Of a stretch of 64,000 bases of DNA, positions 13,590 to 25,760 are shown in pieces. A model generated the notes under the pieces. That model did not search any database. It was not told where the DNA came from and saw only the letters and a program-made list of their open reading frames with translations. How positions within the stretch are numbered: the stretch's first letter is position 1; each line of letters starts with the position of its first letter. The position numbers were made by a program, and so were the translations under genes. This DNA comes from Leucoraja ocellata (Eukaryota), in the NCBI GenBank assembly GCA_036785375.1, contig JAWMAR010000175.1, forward strand, positions 1,178,001 through 1,242,000, given 5' to 3'.

Positions 13590-14455
13590 TACCCAATCCA
13601 TTCATCTCATGATTTTGTACACCTCTATAAGATCACCCCTCATCATCCTGTGCTCCAATGAATAGAGACCCAGCCTACTCAACCTCTCCCTATAGCTCAC
13701 ACCCTCTAGTCCTGGCAGCATCCTCATGAATCTTCTCTGTACCCTTTCCAGCTTGACTACATCTCCTATAACATGGTGCCCAGAACTGAACACAATATTC
13801 TAAATGCGGCCTCACCAACGTCTTATACAACTGCAACATGGCCTCCCAACTTCTATACTCAATACACTGATGGATACACAATACACTAATATACCAAAAG
13901 CCATTTTGACCACCTCATCTATCTGTGGCTCTACCTTAAAGGAACCATGCACCTATGCTCCTAGATCTCTCTGCTCTACAACACTCCCCAGAGCCCGACC
14001 ATTCACTGTGTAGGTCCTGCCCACGTTAGACTTCCCAAAATGCAACACCTCACACTTCTCTATATTAGATTCCATCAACCATTCCTCAGCCCACATGGCC
14101 AATCGATCAAGATCCTGCTGCAATTGTTCACAACCATCTTCACTATCTGTAAAACCACTAACTGTTGTATCATTTGCAAACTTGCTAATCTTATCATGTA
14201 TGTTCTCATACAATTTTTCACACAGAGAGTGGTGAATCTGTGGAATTCTCTGCCACAGAAGGTAGTTGAGGCCAGTTCCTTGGCTGTATTTAAGAGGGAG
14301 TTAGATGTGGCCCTTGTGGCTAAAGGGATCAGGGGGTATGGAGAGAAGGCAGGTACAGGATACTGAGTTGGATGATCAGCCATGATCATATTGAATGGCG
14401 GTGCAGCCTCGAAGGGCCGAATGGCCTACTCCTGCACCTATTTTCTATGTTCTAT
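13590..14455. mobile_element. CR1 fragments (- strand 13590-14210; + strand 3' end 14212-14455)
   Basis: CR1 RT C-terminal peptides in ORFs 13602-13793, 13690-13881, 13953-14213 and 14040-14366. Confidence 0.85.
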
Positions 14456-16364
14456 GTTACAACCAAATCATTGATGTAGATGACAAACAGTAACGGGCCC
14501 AGCACCGAACCCTGAGGCAGACCATATCCTTCTGGATCTTTCCTATCCCTGTCCAAATGTCTTTTAATTGTTGTTTTGGTACCTGCCTCAATGACCTCGC
14601 CTGACAGCTCGTTCCATATACCCACCACCCTCTGTGTGAAGTGGTAGTCATAGTGCAAGAATACTAACCATGGATGTGGCGTGCACAGAACTGTGTATCA
14701 CAAAGTGACCCCATCCGAGGGAGAGACAGTGCGCAGTGTGCTGCCGGCCCCCTGCCTTCTGCCCCACACTCCTCTGGCTATGTGTTTGTCACCAATTTGC
14801 ACAATGGAACCTTCCTGTCTGCACCATCATCTCCAACGTCACGTCCGCAGAGAAGGCAGCAGCATCAGATGCAGGAGGCTGAGAAGTGATCTTATAGAGG
14901 GGTATAAAGGGGAATAAATAGGGTGAATGTACACAGTCTTGTACCCAGGGGAGGGAACCAAGAACTAGCAGACATAGGTTTAATGCGAAGGGGGAAAGAT
15001 TTAATAGGAATCTGAGGAGCAACTTTTTCATACAGAGGGTGGTGGGTGAATGGAACGAGTTGCCAGAGGAGGTCATTGAGGCAAGTACCATAACAATATT
15101 TAAAATACATTTTGACAGGTACATGGATAGGAAAGGTTTAGAGGGATATGGGCCAAACGCAGGCTGGTGGGACTAATGTAGATGGGGTATATTGGTCGGC
15201 ATGGATGAGTTGGGTCGAAAGGCCTGTTTCCGTGCTGTGTGACTCTGTGACTTGGTGATTGCCGTCAATGTGTGGCAGCCCTGCCGACCACAAGCCATCA
15301 CAAAACGTGCGTGAGGGCAGGACTGGGCCCTCTGTGTTACATCTCTGCATGTTTCCCGGGCTACTTGTAATCAGAGAGTTGCCAGAGTGCAGTCATGGCA
15401 GTAGACTGACCCTGGAGAATGTGTGCAGCACAAACCCACGGCCACAACCGCCAATGACCATCGATATTGACGAGGGCAGAGTGGTGGATGCGGTTTACAA
15501 GGACTTCAGTAACTGTGAGCTGCTCCACATGCCAGGCTGGTTAGGACCTGTGAGTTCAGGGCAGGTTGGTGACTGGATCCAACCTCAACTCACCAGAAGC
15601 AGACAGAGGGTGATTTAGTGGGTGATGAGTGACAAGCGCTTGGCCCATATCCCTCTAAACCTTTCCTATCCATGTACCTGTCCAAATGTCTTAAATGGTG
15701 TGACAGTACCTGCCTCAACTACCTCCTCCGGCAGCTCGTTCCATAAACCCCGACACCTTGTGTGTGAAAAGGTTGTCCCTCAGGTTCTTGTTAAAGCTTT
15801 TCCCATCACCGTAAGCCCATGCGCCTGGTTTTCTATTTGGTTGCATTCAGCATCAGGCACTGATGGGCAGAGGAGGACAGATGTTGCCAGTGGTACCCAG
15901 CAGGCAACATCTGGCTGGGAAACACACCTTTAAATCCCATCTCTGTACACGTGGCTTGTGGGTGGATAACTTGTTCCAGTTACATATCGTGGACTCCTTC
16001 CTTTTGAAACCCAAATCCCCCCCACACTCCGAGAGGGTCCCCACTCAGTCCTGATGTGTCATTCGCTGTCACCCCCACAGAGGCTGCCTGACCCGCTGAG
16101 TTCTTCCAGCATTCTGTTTCCATTCTAGATTCCAGCATCTGCAGTTCCTTGTGCGTACGTGCTTGCAAATGGCTGGTGATATTTGCAGAGTTACGTGAAG
16201 CAACTTGGAAACACTTTAACAAAAAATAACCTTTGTTGCCCAATGCCGAGAAAAAGAGTACCTGCCATTTCCCTGGGCAGGAATACAGAGAAAACCAGGA
16301 GTGAGTTCAGTGCAGTTACCACTAGGTGGCAGACTGTGGCAACAACACTGGGTAAACCAAGTTT

Positions 16365-16695
16365 ACTTTAGTTTGGTTTAGAGATACAGCAAGGAAACAG
16401 GCCCTTCGGCCCACATAGTCCACGCTGATCTTTGATCACCCGTTCACAATAGTTCTATGCTATCCCACTTTCTCATCCACGCCCTACGCACTAGGGCCAA
16501 TTTACAGAGGGCCAATTAACCTACAGCCCCACACGTCTCTGCAGTGTGGAAGGAAACCAGAGCACCCGGAGAAAGCCCACACAGTCCCAGGGAGAACGTG
16601 CAAACTTTGTACAAACAGAACTCGAGGTCAGGATGTAACCCGGGTTTCCGGTGATGTGAGTCAGCAGCTCTACCTGCTGCGCCGCCGTGCCGCCC
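16365..16695 (-). mobile_element. HE1-type SINE
   Basis: The reverse complement begins ggcggcacggcggcgcagcaggtagagctgctg and ends in a (AAACT)n-like tail. Confidence 0.8.
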
Positions 16696-18464
16696 GATAT
16701 CCAACTTATAAAAGAAAACACCAAATACCCTGCAATATCAACAACTTGCTTTCTCTAAGCTTTTGACAGCACACACAAGAGGGGAATAGATAGGGTGAGT
16801 GCACAGAGTCTTTTACCCAGGGGAACTTTACTTCAGTTCCGTTTATTGGCACAAGTTACTGAGGTACAGTGAAAAGCATTGTGTTACGTGCTAACCAGTC
16901 AGCGTAAAGACTATACAAGATTACAATCGGGCCGTCAACAGTGTCCAGATACAGGATAAAGGGTTTAACATTTAGAGCAAGGTAAAATCCAGTATAGTCT
17001 GATTAAAGGTAGTGCAAGGGCCTCCAGTGTGGGTTTAGAGGTGTTTACAATAGGTTGAATGCAGGAAAATGGAATTATTGTATGTTGGGCGGCATGGATA
17101 TGTTGGGCCGAAGGGCCTGTTTCCGTGCTGTATGACTGTAGGTGTTGCTGGTGCCTGGGTGTGGATTTAAACCTTTTAAAATTCTCCAGCAACCACATGC
17201 CAACGAAGGAGGGAAATAATCTGGAAGGCCAGTATAACCGGGAAAACCCGTCTCCCTGCAATTTCAGGCACGTGAATCTCAGGCACGGAAAGAATGTTAA
17301 AAACGCACTAAAGTAGAACGATGACAAGTGTCTATGTGGGTTGACAGCTAAAAATTGAAGAGAAGAGTAGAAAGAAGGAAACTGCAGACGCTGGTATACA
17401 AGAAAAGATACAGAGTGCTGGAGTTACTCAGCAGGTCAGGCTGAATGTCAAACCCAGGCCTTCTCTCCAGAGATGCTGCCTGTCCCGCTGAGTTACTCCA
17501 GCATTGTGTGTCTATCTTAGGTCAGGGACTAAACCTACTTCACCAAATTGAAAATGGAAGCTTGCTTCAGAAATATAGATCCATTCTCAGCTGAGCCCCA
17601 CGGTTTAGCATCAGGATTCCCCATTAACGAGTATCACCCGATCAACCCTTCACACCTCCAGCCCACCCCATCCATATCAGGTTGTATAAGCATTATGAGT
17701 GCAGGCAAGATTGGTTCGGCTGAGATGCAATGGGCCAATTACTCCAGAGCCAACGTCAGGGGCAGGGCTGAGATGAAGGCGGAATGGAAATACACAACTC
17801 GATACACCACAAATTTAATAGACACAAAAAGCTGGAGTAACTCAGCGGGACAGGCAGCATCACTGGAGAGAAGGAATGGGTGATGTGACGTTTTCAGGTC
17901 GACACCCTTCTTCAGAAAGACCTGAAACATCACCCATTCCTTCTCTCCAGAGATGATGCCTGTCTCACTGAGTTACTCCAGCATTTTCTGTCTATCTTTG
18001 GTTTAAACCAGCATCTGCAGTTCCTTCTTACACCCATCCGTAAATCAGAGCCAGTTTATTCCCCTTCTGGCCACAAGGGGAATAAATGACAGGCTTGTGT
18101 CCAGACATTTAGTACCCAGTTCCAATTTCATCTCCCCAAGAACTACGCTGGATGCCTGAGTCGGCTGCCCGCCCCTTTTACAGAGTTACAGTACGTCGTG
18201 CCCGGGTGGTACGAGAAAGGGACTTCACGCTGTCCACGGGCGCCCTGGGGGATTTCCAGGACCGCTGGGCTCCACGGGAGGTGGAATGTAACCTCAATAA
18301 GGATGGGGAAATAGTTATTTAATGTTGAAGAATATTTGTTATTTTGTATTATGGTGGTGGGTTTGTTTTTGTTTGCATGTATTTTTGTAACTAATATATA
18401 TTTTAAAATAGCTATGCTGAAAATCCTGGAACTTTGCTTTGTTTTACAAACTGGTAACTTGGAG

Positions 18465-18945
18465 AGGTTTCAGAAAAGATTCACCAGGATGTTACCTGGG
18501 CTTGTGGGCTTGAGTTACAGGGAGAGGTTGGATAGGCCGGGACCTTTGACTTTGGAGCACAGGAGGCTGAGGGGTGACCTTATTGACGTGTACAAGATCA
18601 TGAGGGGCACGGATGAAGTGAACGCTCACAATCTTTTCCCCAGGGAAGAAGATTCTAGAACTAGAGGGCTCAGGCTTAAGGTGAGGGGAGAGATTTAAGA
18701 GGGACCTCAGGGGCAACATTTTCACTCATAGAGTAGTCCGTATCCTGGATTGAGCTGCCAGAGGAAAGTATAGAACAGATACAATAATTATTTTTCAAAG
18801 ACATTTGTACAGATACATGGGCAGTAAGGTTTAGAGTGATATGGGGCAAATACAGGCAAATGGGACTGGCACAGAATGTCAACTTGATTGGCACAGGCAA
18901 GTTGGGCCGAAGGGCCTGTTTCCTTGCTGTACAGTTCTCTGACAG
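18465..18945 (+). mobile_element. CR1 LINE 3' fragment
   Basis: LERFQKRFTRMLPGL...RLRGDLIDVYKIM. Confidence 0.85.
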
Positions 18946-18954
18946 TGACTCTAA

Positions 18955-19259
18955 AGCTCCTGTCCCACTGTACGAGGTAATTCAAGCGGTCTCCCGAGTT
19001 TAACAAAAAAATCAAACTCGTGGTAAGCACGTAGAATGTACGTGGCGGGTACGTCGGAGCTCGGGACGTCTCTTAGCGGCTCGTAACGCTAACGGCAGAT
19101 ACCCGGGAAACATGGTAAACTGAACTTTTTTGAACAGTGTGAAAAATGTCCACGAGAGCCCCGAGTACCTACGAACGGCTATTACCTGAATTCTACGAGT
19201 TCAAATCAGGGGAAACTCGGGAGAACTCTTGAATTACCTCATACAGTGGGACAGGGGCA
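18955..19259. mobile_element. PIF/Harbinger-like MITE
   Basis: ~50-bp TIRs (CCTGTCCCACTGTAyGAGGTAATTCAAG) flanked by TAA on both sides (18952-54 and 19260-62). Confidence 0.8.
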
Positions 19260-19454
19260 TAAGTGTAGATAGTTTCTCCAAATTACAGTCAAGAGTCAAG
19301 AGTGTTTCATTGTCAAATGTACTGACATTGGAACAATGAAATTCTTACTTGCAGCAGCCGACACAAACATACTGCTCCAACCCACGGACTGACAATTCCC
19401 TGCATGAGCAGTTGAATCATTTCTCTTCTCCATCTTCAGGATGCCAGGGGTACA

Positions 19455-19518
19455 ATGAGGTTCCTGAGATCACCAGTGGCCGGAGTTGGTGTTGTTCTTT
19501 ACATGTGTCTAACTGCAG
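19455..19518 (+). CDS. IgSF receptor gene, leader exon (MRFLRSPVAGVGVVLYMCLTA)
   Basis: Polypyrimidine acceptor tcttcag ending at 19439, ATG at 19455, a hydrophobic signal peptide and a CAG|gtgagt phase-1 donor that matches the V exon. Confidence 0.8.
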
Positions 19519-20071
19519 GTGAGTAACTACACCCATCAACGTACAAGTGATTGGAGAAACGATGAATTATGTTCGTTCAGTTTATTATTGTTGTGTGTAA
19601 GGTCCAGCAATAGACCTTTGTGTGCTGTCCAGTCAAAGAAAAGCCTGTACATGATTACAATCAAACTGTCCACAGCGCACAATGGATAAAGGATGAAGTG
19701 TACAACGTTTACTGCAAGATACAACGAGGTTAACGTTGATGAAACAGACACTTGCGTCACTGTGCTGGCACACTGTGTTGTGTTAAACTTTCACCATACA
19801 AACCATGACAACAAACCCCAACACCGCAGGCATTCAACACTAATTGAGCTGAAGCATGTTCAAGGCCAGAAATATGATCTCTGATTTTTTGTTTAATAGT
19901 TTAGTTTAGTTTTGTTTAGAGATACAACGTGAAAACAGGCCCTTCGACCCTTCGAGTCCCCACTTTTAAACACAACTCAGTTCATGGTTTTGAAGTTAGT
20001 CCACAATTATGGAGCCAATTTTCACACAGAGATAAGGATCAGATGTATGTTGGTGATTTTACTGAGGGATA

Positions 20072-21718
20072 CAGTGCCCTCCATAATGTTTGGGACAAAG
20101 ACCCGTCATTTATTTATTTGCCACAATTTGAGATTTGTAATTTTTAAAAATCACATGTGATTAAAGTGCACATTGTCAGATTTTAATAAAGGCCATTTTT
20201 ATACATTATGTTTTCACCATGTAGAAATTACAGCTGTGTTTATACATAGTCTCCCCATTTCAGGGCACCATAATGTTTGGGACACATGGCTTCACAGGCG
20301 TTTGTAATTGCTCAGGTGTGTTTAATTGCCTCCTTAATGCAGGTATAAGAGAGCTCTCAGCACCTAGTCTTTCCTCCAGTCTTTCCATCGCCTTTGGAAA
20401 CTTTTAATGCTGTTTATCAACATGAGGACCAAAGCTTGTGCCAATGAAAGTCAAAGATGCCATTATGAGACTGAGAAACAAGAATAAAACTGTTAGAGAC
20501 ATCAGCCAAACCTTAGGCTTACCAAAATCAACTGTTTGGAACATCATTAAGAAGAAAGAGAGCACTGGTGAGCTTACTAATTTCAAAGGGACAGGCAGGT
20601 TCAGGAAGACCTCCACAGCTGATGACAAAGAATTCTGTCTATAATTTAAAAAAATCCTCAAACATCTATCCGACAGATCAGAAACACTCTTCAGGAGTCA
20701 GGTGTGGATTTGTCAATGACCACTGTCTGCAGAAGACTTCATGAACAGAAATACAGAGGCTACACTGCAAGATGCAAACCACTGGTTAGCTGCACAAATA
20801 GGATGGCCAGGTTACAGTTTGCCAAGAAGTTCTTAAAAGAGCAACCACCGTTCTGGAAAAAGGTCTTGTGGGCAGATGAGATGAAGAATAACTTGTATCA
20901 GAGTGATGGCAAGAGCAAAGCATGGAGGAGAGAAGGAACTGCCCAAGATCCAAAGCATACCACCTCATCTGTGAAACACGGTGGTGGGGGTGTTATGGCC
21001 TGGGCATGTACTGAAGGCTGAAGGTACTGGCTCACTTATGTTCATTGATGATACAACTGCTGATGATAGCATAATGAATTCTGAAGTGTATAGACACATC
21101 CTATCTGATCAAGTTCAAACAAATGCCTCAAAACTCATTGGCCGGCGGTTCATTCTACAGAAAGACAATGACCCCAAACAAACTGCTAAAGCAACAAAGG
21201 AGTTTTTCGAGGCTAAAAAATGGTCAATTCATGAGTGGCCAAGTCAATCACCCGATCTGAACCCAATTGAGCATGCCTTTTATATGCTGAAGAGAAAACT
21301 GAAGGGGACTAGCCCCCAAAACAAGCATAAGCTAAAGATGGCTGCAATACAGGCCTGGCAGAGCATCACCAGAGATGACACCCAGCAACTGGTGATGTCC
21401 ATGAATCACAGACTTCAAGCAGTCATTGCATGCAACGGATATGCAACAAAATACTAAACACGACTACTTTCATTTACATGACATTGCTGTGTCCCAAACA
21501 TTATGGTGCCCTGAAATGGGGGGGACTATGTATAAACACTGCTGTAATTTCTACATGGTGAAACCAAAATGTATTTTAAAAAGACCTTTAATATAATCTA
21601 ACAATGTGCACTTTAACCACATGTGATTTTTTTTCTCTATTACAAATCTCAAAGTGTGGAGTACAGAGGCAAATAAATAAATGATGGGTCATTGGCCCAA
21701 ACATTATGAAGGGCACTG
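20072..21718 (+). mobile_element. Full-length Tc1 (IR/DR type) transposon with a frameshifted transposase, in the leader-V intron
   Basis: TA duplications at 20070-71 and 21719-20. ~215-bp TIRs start CAGTGCCCTyCATAATGTTTGGG and contain an internal direct repeat. Transposase pieces at 20422-21457 have WADE, KHGGG, QKDNDPK and WPSQSPDLNPIE. Confidence 0.97.
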
Positions 21719-22268
21719 TAACTGCAAAAGAGTCTGAAGAAGGGTCTCGACCCGAAACGTCACCCATTCCTTCTCTCCAGAGATGCTGCCTGTCCCGCTG
21801 AGTTACTCCAGCATTTTGTGTCGATTCCAGAAGTGGAACCTTCTCCTCTTCTTCAAGAGCTGGGATCTGCTGAGAACACAGTGAGGTTGTGGACAACTGC
21901 ACAGAACAAGACCCCAGTAGTGAACACTGCACATATTTACACTGGTGTTTATTCAGATTAGCGCCACACACTCTCGCCTTCCACCAAACCTCAAACGCAA
22001 CTGTACGCTCAACACATCATATCCTCATATCTACATCGTATCTCAACACATCATATCTTCACCATCTCTCAATGCATCATATCCTCATATCTCAACATGT
22101 CATATCCACATATCTACATCATAACTTCATCAAATCTCAATACATTTTATCTTCATATCTTCACCATATCTCAATACATCATATCCTCAATTCTTCATCA
22201 TATCTCAACACGCCATATCTTCATTATACACTGGAGATTACAATCAGTTCATCTTCTTCCTTCCTCAG

Positions 22269-22631
22269 TGAAAAGCAAGACCGTGGCTGTGTCCCAGACA
22301 CCAGCAGAGATGGAGGTGCTGGTGGGGGATGTGGCTCGGATAAACTGTTCCTACAGCAGTGGGGACGGAGATCAGATGAGGATTGAGTGGACGAGGAACT
22401 CCAGTGCACGGCCATTGTGTCATCTTATGGCAAATAAACACAGCTCCGGTTCGCGACAGTCCTGTACGAGCGGTTTTAATGTTACTCTGGACCTCTCGAC
22501 CAAATCCTCATCTTTAATCATCTATAACGTTCACCTGCATGACTCTGACGTATACTTTTGTCAATTGTCTGTTGAAATACCTCCCCCAACGTTGACAGCA
22601 AAAGGAGAAGGTACAAGGCTGACAGTGAACG
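22269..22631 (+). CDS. IgSF receptor gene, V-domain exon, CD28H/TMIGD2-like with a germline J-like segment
   Basis: ttcctcag acceptor, G|gtgagt donor, 363 nt, phase 1-1. VSQTP..ARINC..RIEW..LC..SC..DSDVYFC.LSVEIPPP....GEGTRLTV. Confidence 0.92.
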
Positions 22632-23149
22632 GTGAGTGGGGGTCAGAATTGCTTTATTTTGTACCGAGCTACAGGCAAAAACATTGTTTTGGATGCTAAC
22701 CGGTCTAATCATCCCACACATGAGTACAACAGGTAGTGCAAAGAGAAAATAAACAGAGCAGAGTATTACAGCTACAGAGAAAGTGCAGATAAAAAAAGTA
22801 CAAGGGCTTCAAATAGGTAGATTGGAAGATTGGGACTATACCATAGCTTATGGGAGAGTTATTCACAAGTCTGATAACAGTGGGGATGAAGCTGTTCCTG
22901 AACCTTGTGCTATGAGCCTTCAGGCTTTCGTACCTTCTGCCGGATGGGAGAGGGCAGAAGCAGGAATGACCGGAGTGTGAGTGGTCCTTGATTTTGCTGA
23001 GGGTATTTTTCTGAGGCCGTGTGGTTCAGATGGAGTTGATGTGGAGAGTCTGGTCTGTGTGATGGACTGGGATGTTTCCACAACACTGCAGTTTCTTGTG
23101 GTCTTGGGTGGGCTGTTGGCAAACCAGCTGTGATGCACGGTGGCAGGAT

Positions 23150-23360
23150 GTTGTGGTGGGGAGGGGGGGGGGGGATGGGGGAGGAGTGAAGGGGGGATGG
23201 GGAGGGGGGGATGGGGATGGGGAGGGGGGGATGGTGATGGGTTGGGGGGATGTGAGGATGGGTCGGGGAAGGGTGCGGGGCTTGGGGAGGAGATGGGGAG
23301 GGGTGGGAAGTGGGGGGTGGGTATAGGGGTTGGGGAGTGGAGGGGAGGGGGCAATGGGGA
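23150..23360 (+). repeat. G-run-rich low-complexity tract
   Basis: Direct: more than 25 G3-G10 runs. Confidence 0.85.
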
Positions 23361-24003
23361 TCATTCTGATCCACCGTAGAGCAGCAGCAGCGAGCCAGCA
23401 GACAGTGTTTGTGAGGTGAGGTGAGGACAACACTGACACTGTGCCCATCGCCACGGTTACATCACCAGGTACGTGGGAGTGGGAGCACGACTGTTTGGAG
23501 GGCCCGGTGGAAGTGGAATGACACAGTGATCATGTGACGACCACCTCTCCAGCCAGACCTCGTTATTACTGCGTGCAGGACCAATGGTCAGTGCTTCAAA
23601 CTTGATTACGGCCATGGTCGTTCTTGGTTAGAACGGGCGTCAAGGGTTACGGGGACAAGACGGGAAAATGTGATTGGGAGGCAGAGATCAGCCATGATTG
23701 AATGGTGGAGCGGACTCGATGGGCCGAATGGCCTAATTCTACTCCTATAACGTGAGCTTGTGAAACTTGTTCCTTGTTTGACCGTTTCTAGAGATGGACT
23801 GTGGGTTGAGGAGAGACTTGTGCAACATATGGCCATGCGCACTTTACTGAGCACAAGCCTGAACCCCCAATGTGAGTGACGCTGGGGACCAGGGGACAAG
23901 ATCATATTGTGGGGGCACTGCGTGTTGGGTCATCTACTGTGTGGGTGCAGTGGGGACGTTTCTAGCCACCACCGTTCATTAACTCACCACCGTTGACCCA
24001 CAG

Positions 24004-24309
24004 CTCGTCCGCGGGTCTGGGTGAGAGCGGAGCCCGTGTCCACCCCCACCCAGGGGGTCCGGCTCACCTGCACGTCGCTGGACTTCTACCCCGGCCCCAT
24101 CCAGGTGTCCTGGTTCGCAGACGGACACCAGCTCACCAACGGGACGGAGACTGGGCCCCTCTCCCCCAACCCTGACGGCTCCTTCTCCATCTCCAGCTTC
24201 CTGAACCTCACCCTCACCGCCTGGGGCCAGGGTGGAGACTACACCTGCCAGGTGAACCACTCCACGCTCCACAAACCCATCACTGAACGAGCCCACGCCA
24301 GCAGCACAG
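24004..24309 (+). CDS. IgSF receptor gene, C1-set domain exon
   Basis: cacag acceptor, CAG|gtgag donor, 306 nt, phase 1-1. LTC..DFYPGPIQVSW...PNPDGSFSISS.L......YTCQVNHSTL are C1-set signatures. Confidence 0.93.
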
Positions 24310-24378
24310 GTGAGATGTATCAAAAATAATTCATTTGATTACGAACACGATACAAAAACCAAAAAAACCCATCCGTGT

Positions 24379-25156
24379 TGACATACAGGTGACATACAGG
24401 TGACGTACAGGTGACGTACAGGTGACGTACAGGTGACGTACAGGTGACGTACAGGTGACGTACAGGTGACGTACAGGTGACGTACAGGTGACATACAGGT
24501 GACGTACAGGTGACGTACAGGTGACATACAGGTGACATACAGGTGACGTACAGGTGACATACAGGTGACATACAGGTGACGTACAGGTGACATACAGGTG
24601 ATGTACAGGTGACATACAGGTGACGTACAGGTGACATACAGGTGATGTACAGGTGATGTACAGGTGACATACAGGTGACATACAGGTGACATACAGGTGA
24701 TGTACAGGTGACATACAGGTGACGTACAGGTGACATACAGGTGATGTACAGGTGATGTACAGGTGACATACAGGTGACATACAGGTGACGTACAGGTGAC
24801 ATACAGGTGATGTACAGGTGACATACAGGTGACGTACAGGTGACATACAGGTGACGTACAGGTGACATACAGGTGATGTACAGGTGACATACAGGTGACG
24901 TACAGGTGACATACAGGTGATGTACAGGTGACATACAGGTGATGTACAGGTGACATACAGGTGACATACAGGTGACGTACAGGTGACATACAGGTGACAT
25001 ACAGGTGACGTACAGGTGACATACAGGTGACATACAGGTGACGTACAGGTGACATACAGGTGATGTACAGGTGACATACAGGTGACATACAGGTGACATA
25101 CAGGTGACGTACAGGTGACATACAGGTGATGTACAGGTGACATACAGGTGACGTAC
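24379..25156. repeat. 11-bp minisatellite (TGACRTACAGG / TGATGTACAGG), about 70 copies
   Basis: Direct tandem array beginning 70 bp after the C1 exon. Confidence 0.98.
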
Positions 25157-25672
25157 CCACAACCATGTTACAAAATCACCAAGTTATTCAGACACTCAAT
25201 TTCCAAACAACTATGTTACAAATAACACCACCCTCTCAAACACCACCCAGGCGCGCTTGTAACCCCCGTAAAGGGGCAAGCATCTGGCTTCCGCCTGGCG
25301 CCGTGACTCACGGATGGCCAGCTTGGCCGAGACATCTTCAGCCATGCCCACTCCCCAGATCCCGTCACCAGTCCTTCGGTCACTGACAGCAGAGCCACTC
25401 CGCCCCTTGCGGACCCTAGGTGGAGTGGCGGTGCTCCTTGCCCTCCAGACCCTGGCTACAAGGGACGCTCCTACTGACCCCTATCCACATTGCTCAGTAC
25501 AGGTGAGATTTTTTTTAAATTTCAAAATAAACTTTATTCGGGTAATAAATATATTCATGAACCATGCAACAAATTCATCCGACATTTTCGGAGGCTGTAC
25601 CAATTCGGTGCTGACCACTGCCCGATGGACAAGTGGTCAAAGGTGTTGGTCCAGAAGAACCTTTCCACAAAC

Positions 25673-25760
25673 GACACACTGCTCAGTACAGGTGAGAGAC
25701 ACACTGCTCAGTACAGGTGAGAGACACACTGCTCAGTACAGGTGAGAGACACACTGCTCA
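25673..25760. repeat. 25-bp tandem repeat GACACACTGCTCAGTACAGGTGAGA (3.5 copies, plus a detached copy at about 25486-25508)
   Basis: Direct sequence inspection. Confidence 0.9.

Noticed and set aside
22269-24309. Germline-joined Ig light chain or TCR gene
   Set aside because: It lacks the WYxQ and FGxG motifs, has a CD28-like loop and extra cysteines, and has an uncharged TM with a separate tail exon.
24305-24360. Perfect RSS nonamer ACAAAAACC at 24352 just after the C1 exon
   Set aside because: There is no heptamer at a 12- or 23-bp spacing (the nearest CACAG is about 40 bp away), and it is not adjacent to a V or J segment.
24320-25166. 270-280 aa Cys/His-rich ORFs or a CRISPR-like array
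   Set aside because: These are translations of an 11-bp minisatellite with no unique spacers, in a eukaryotic context.
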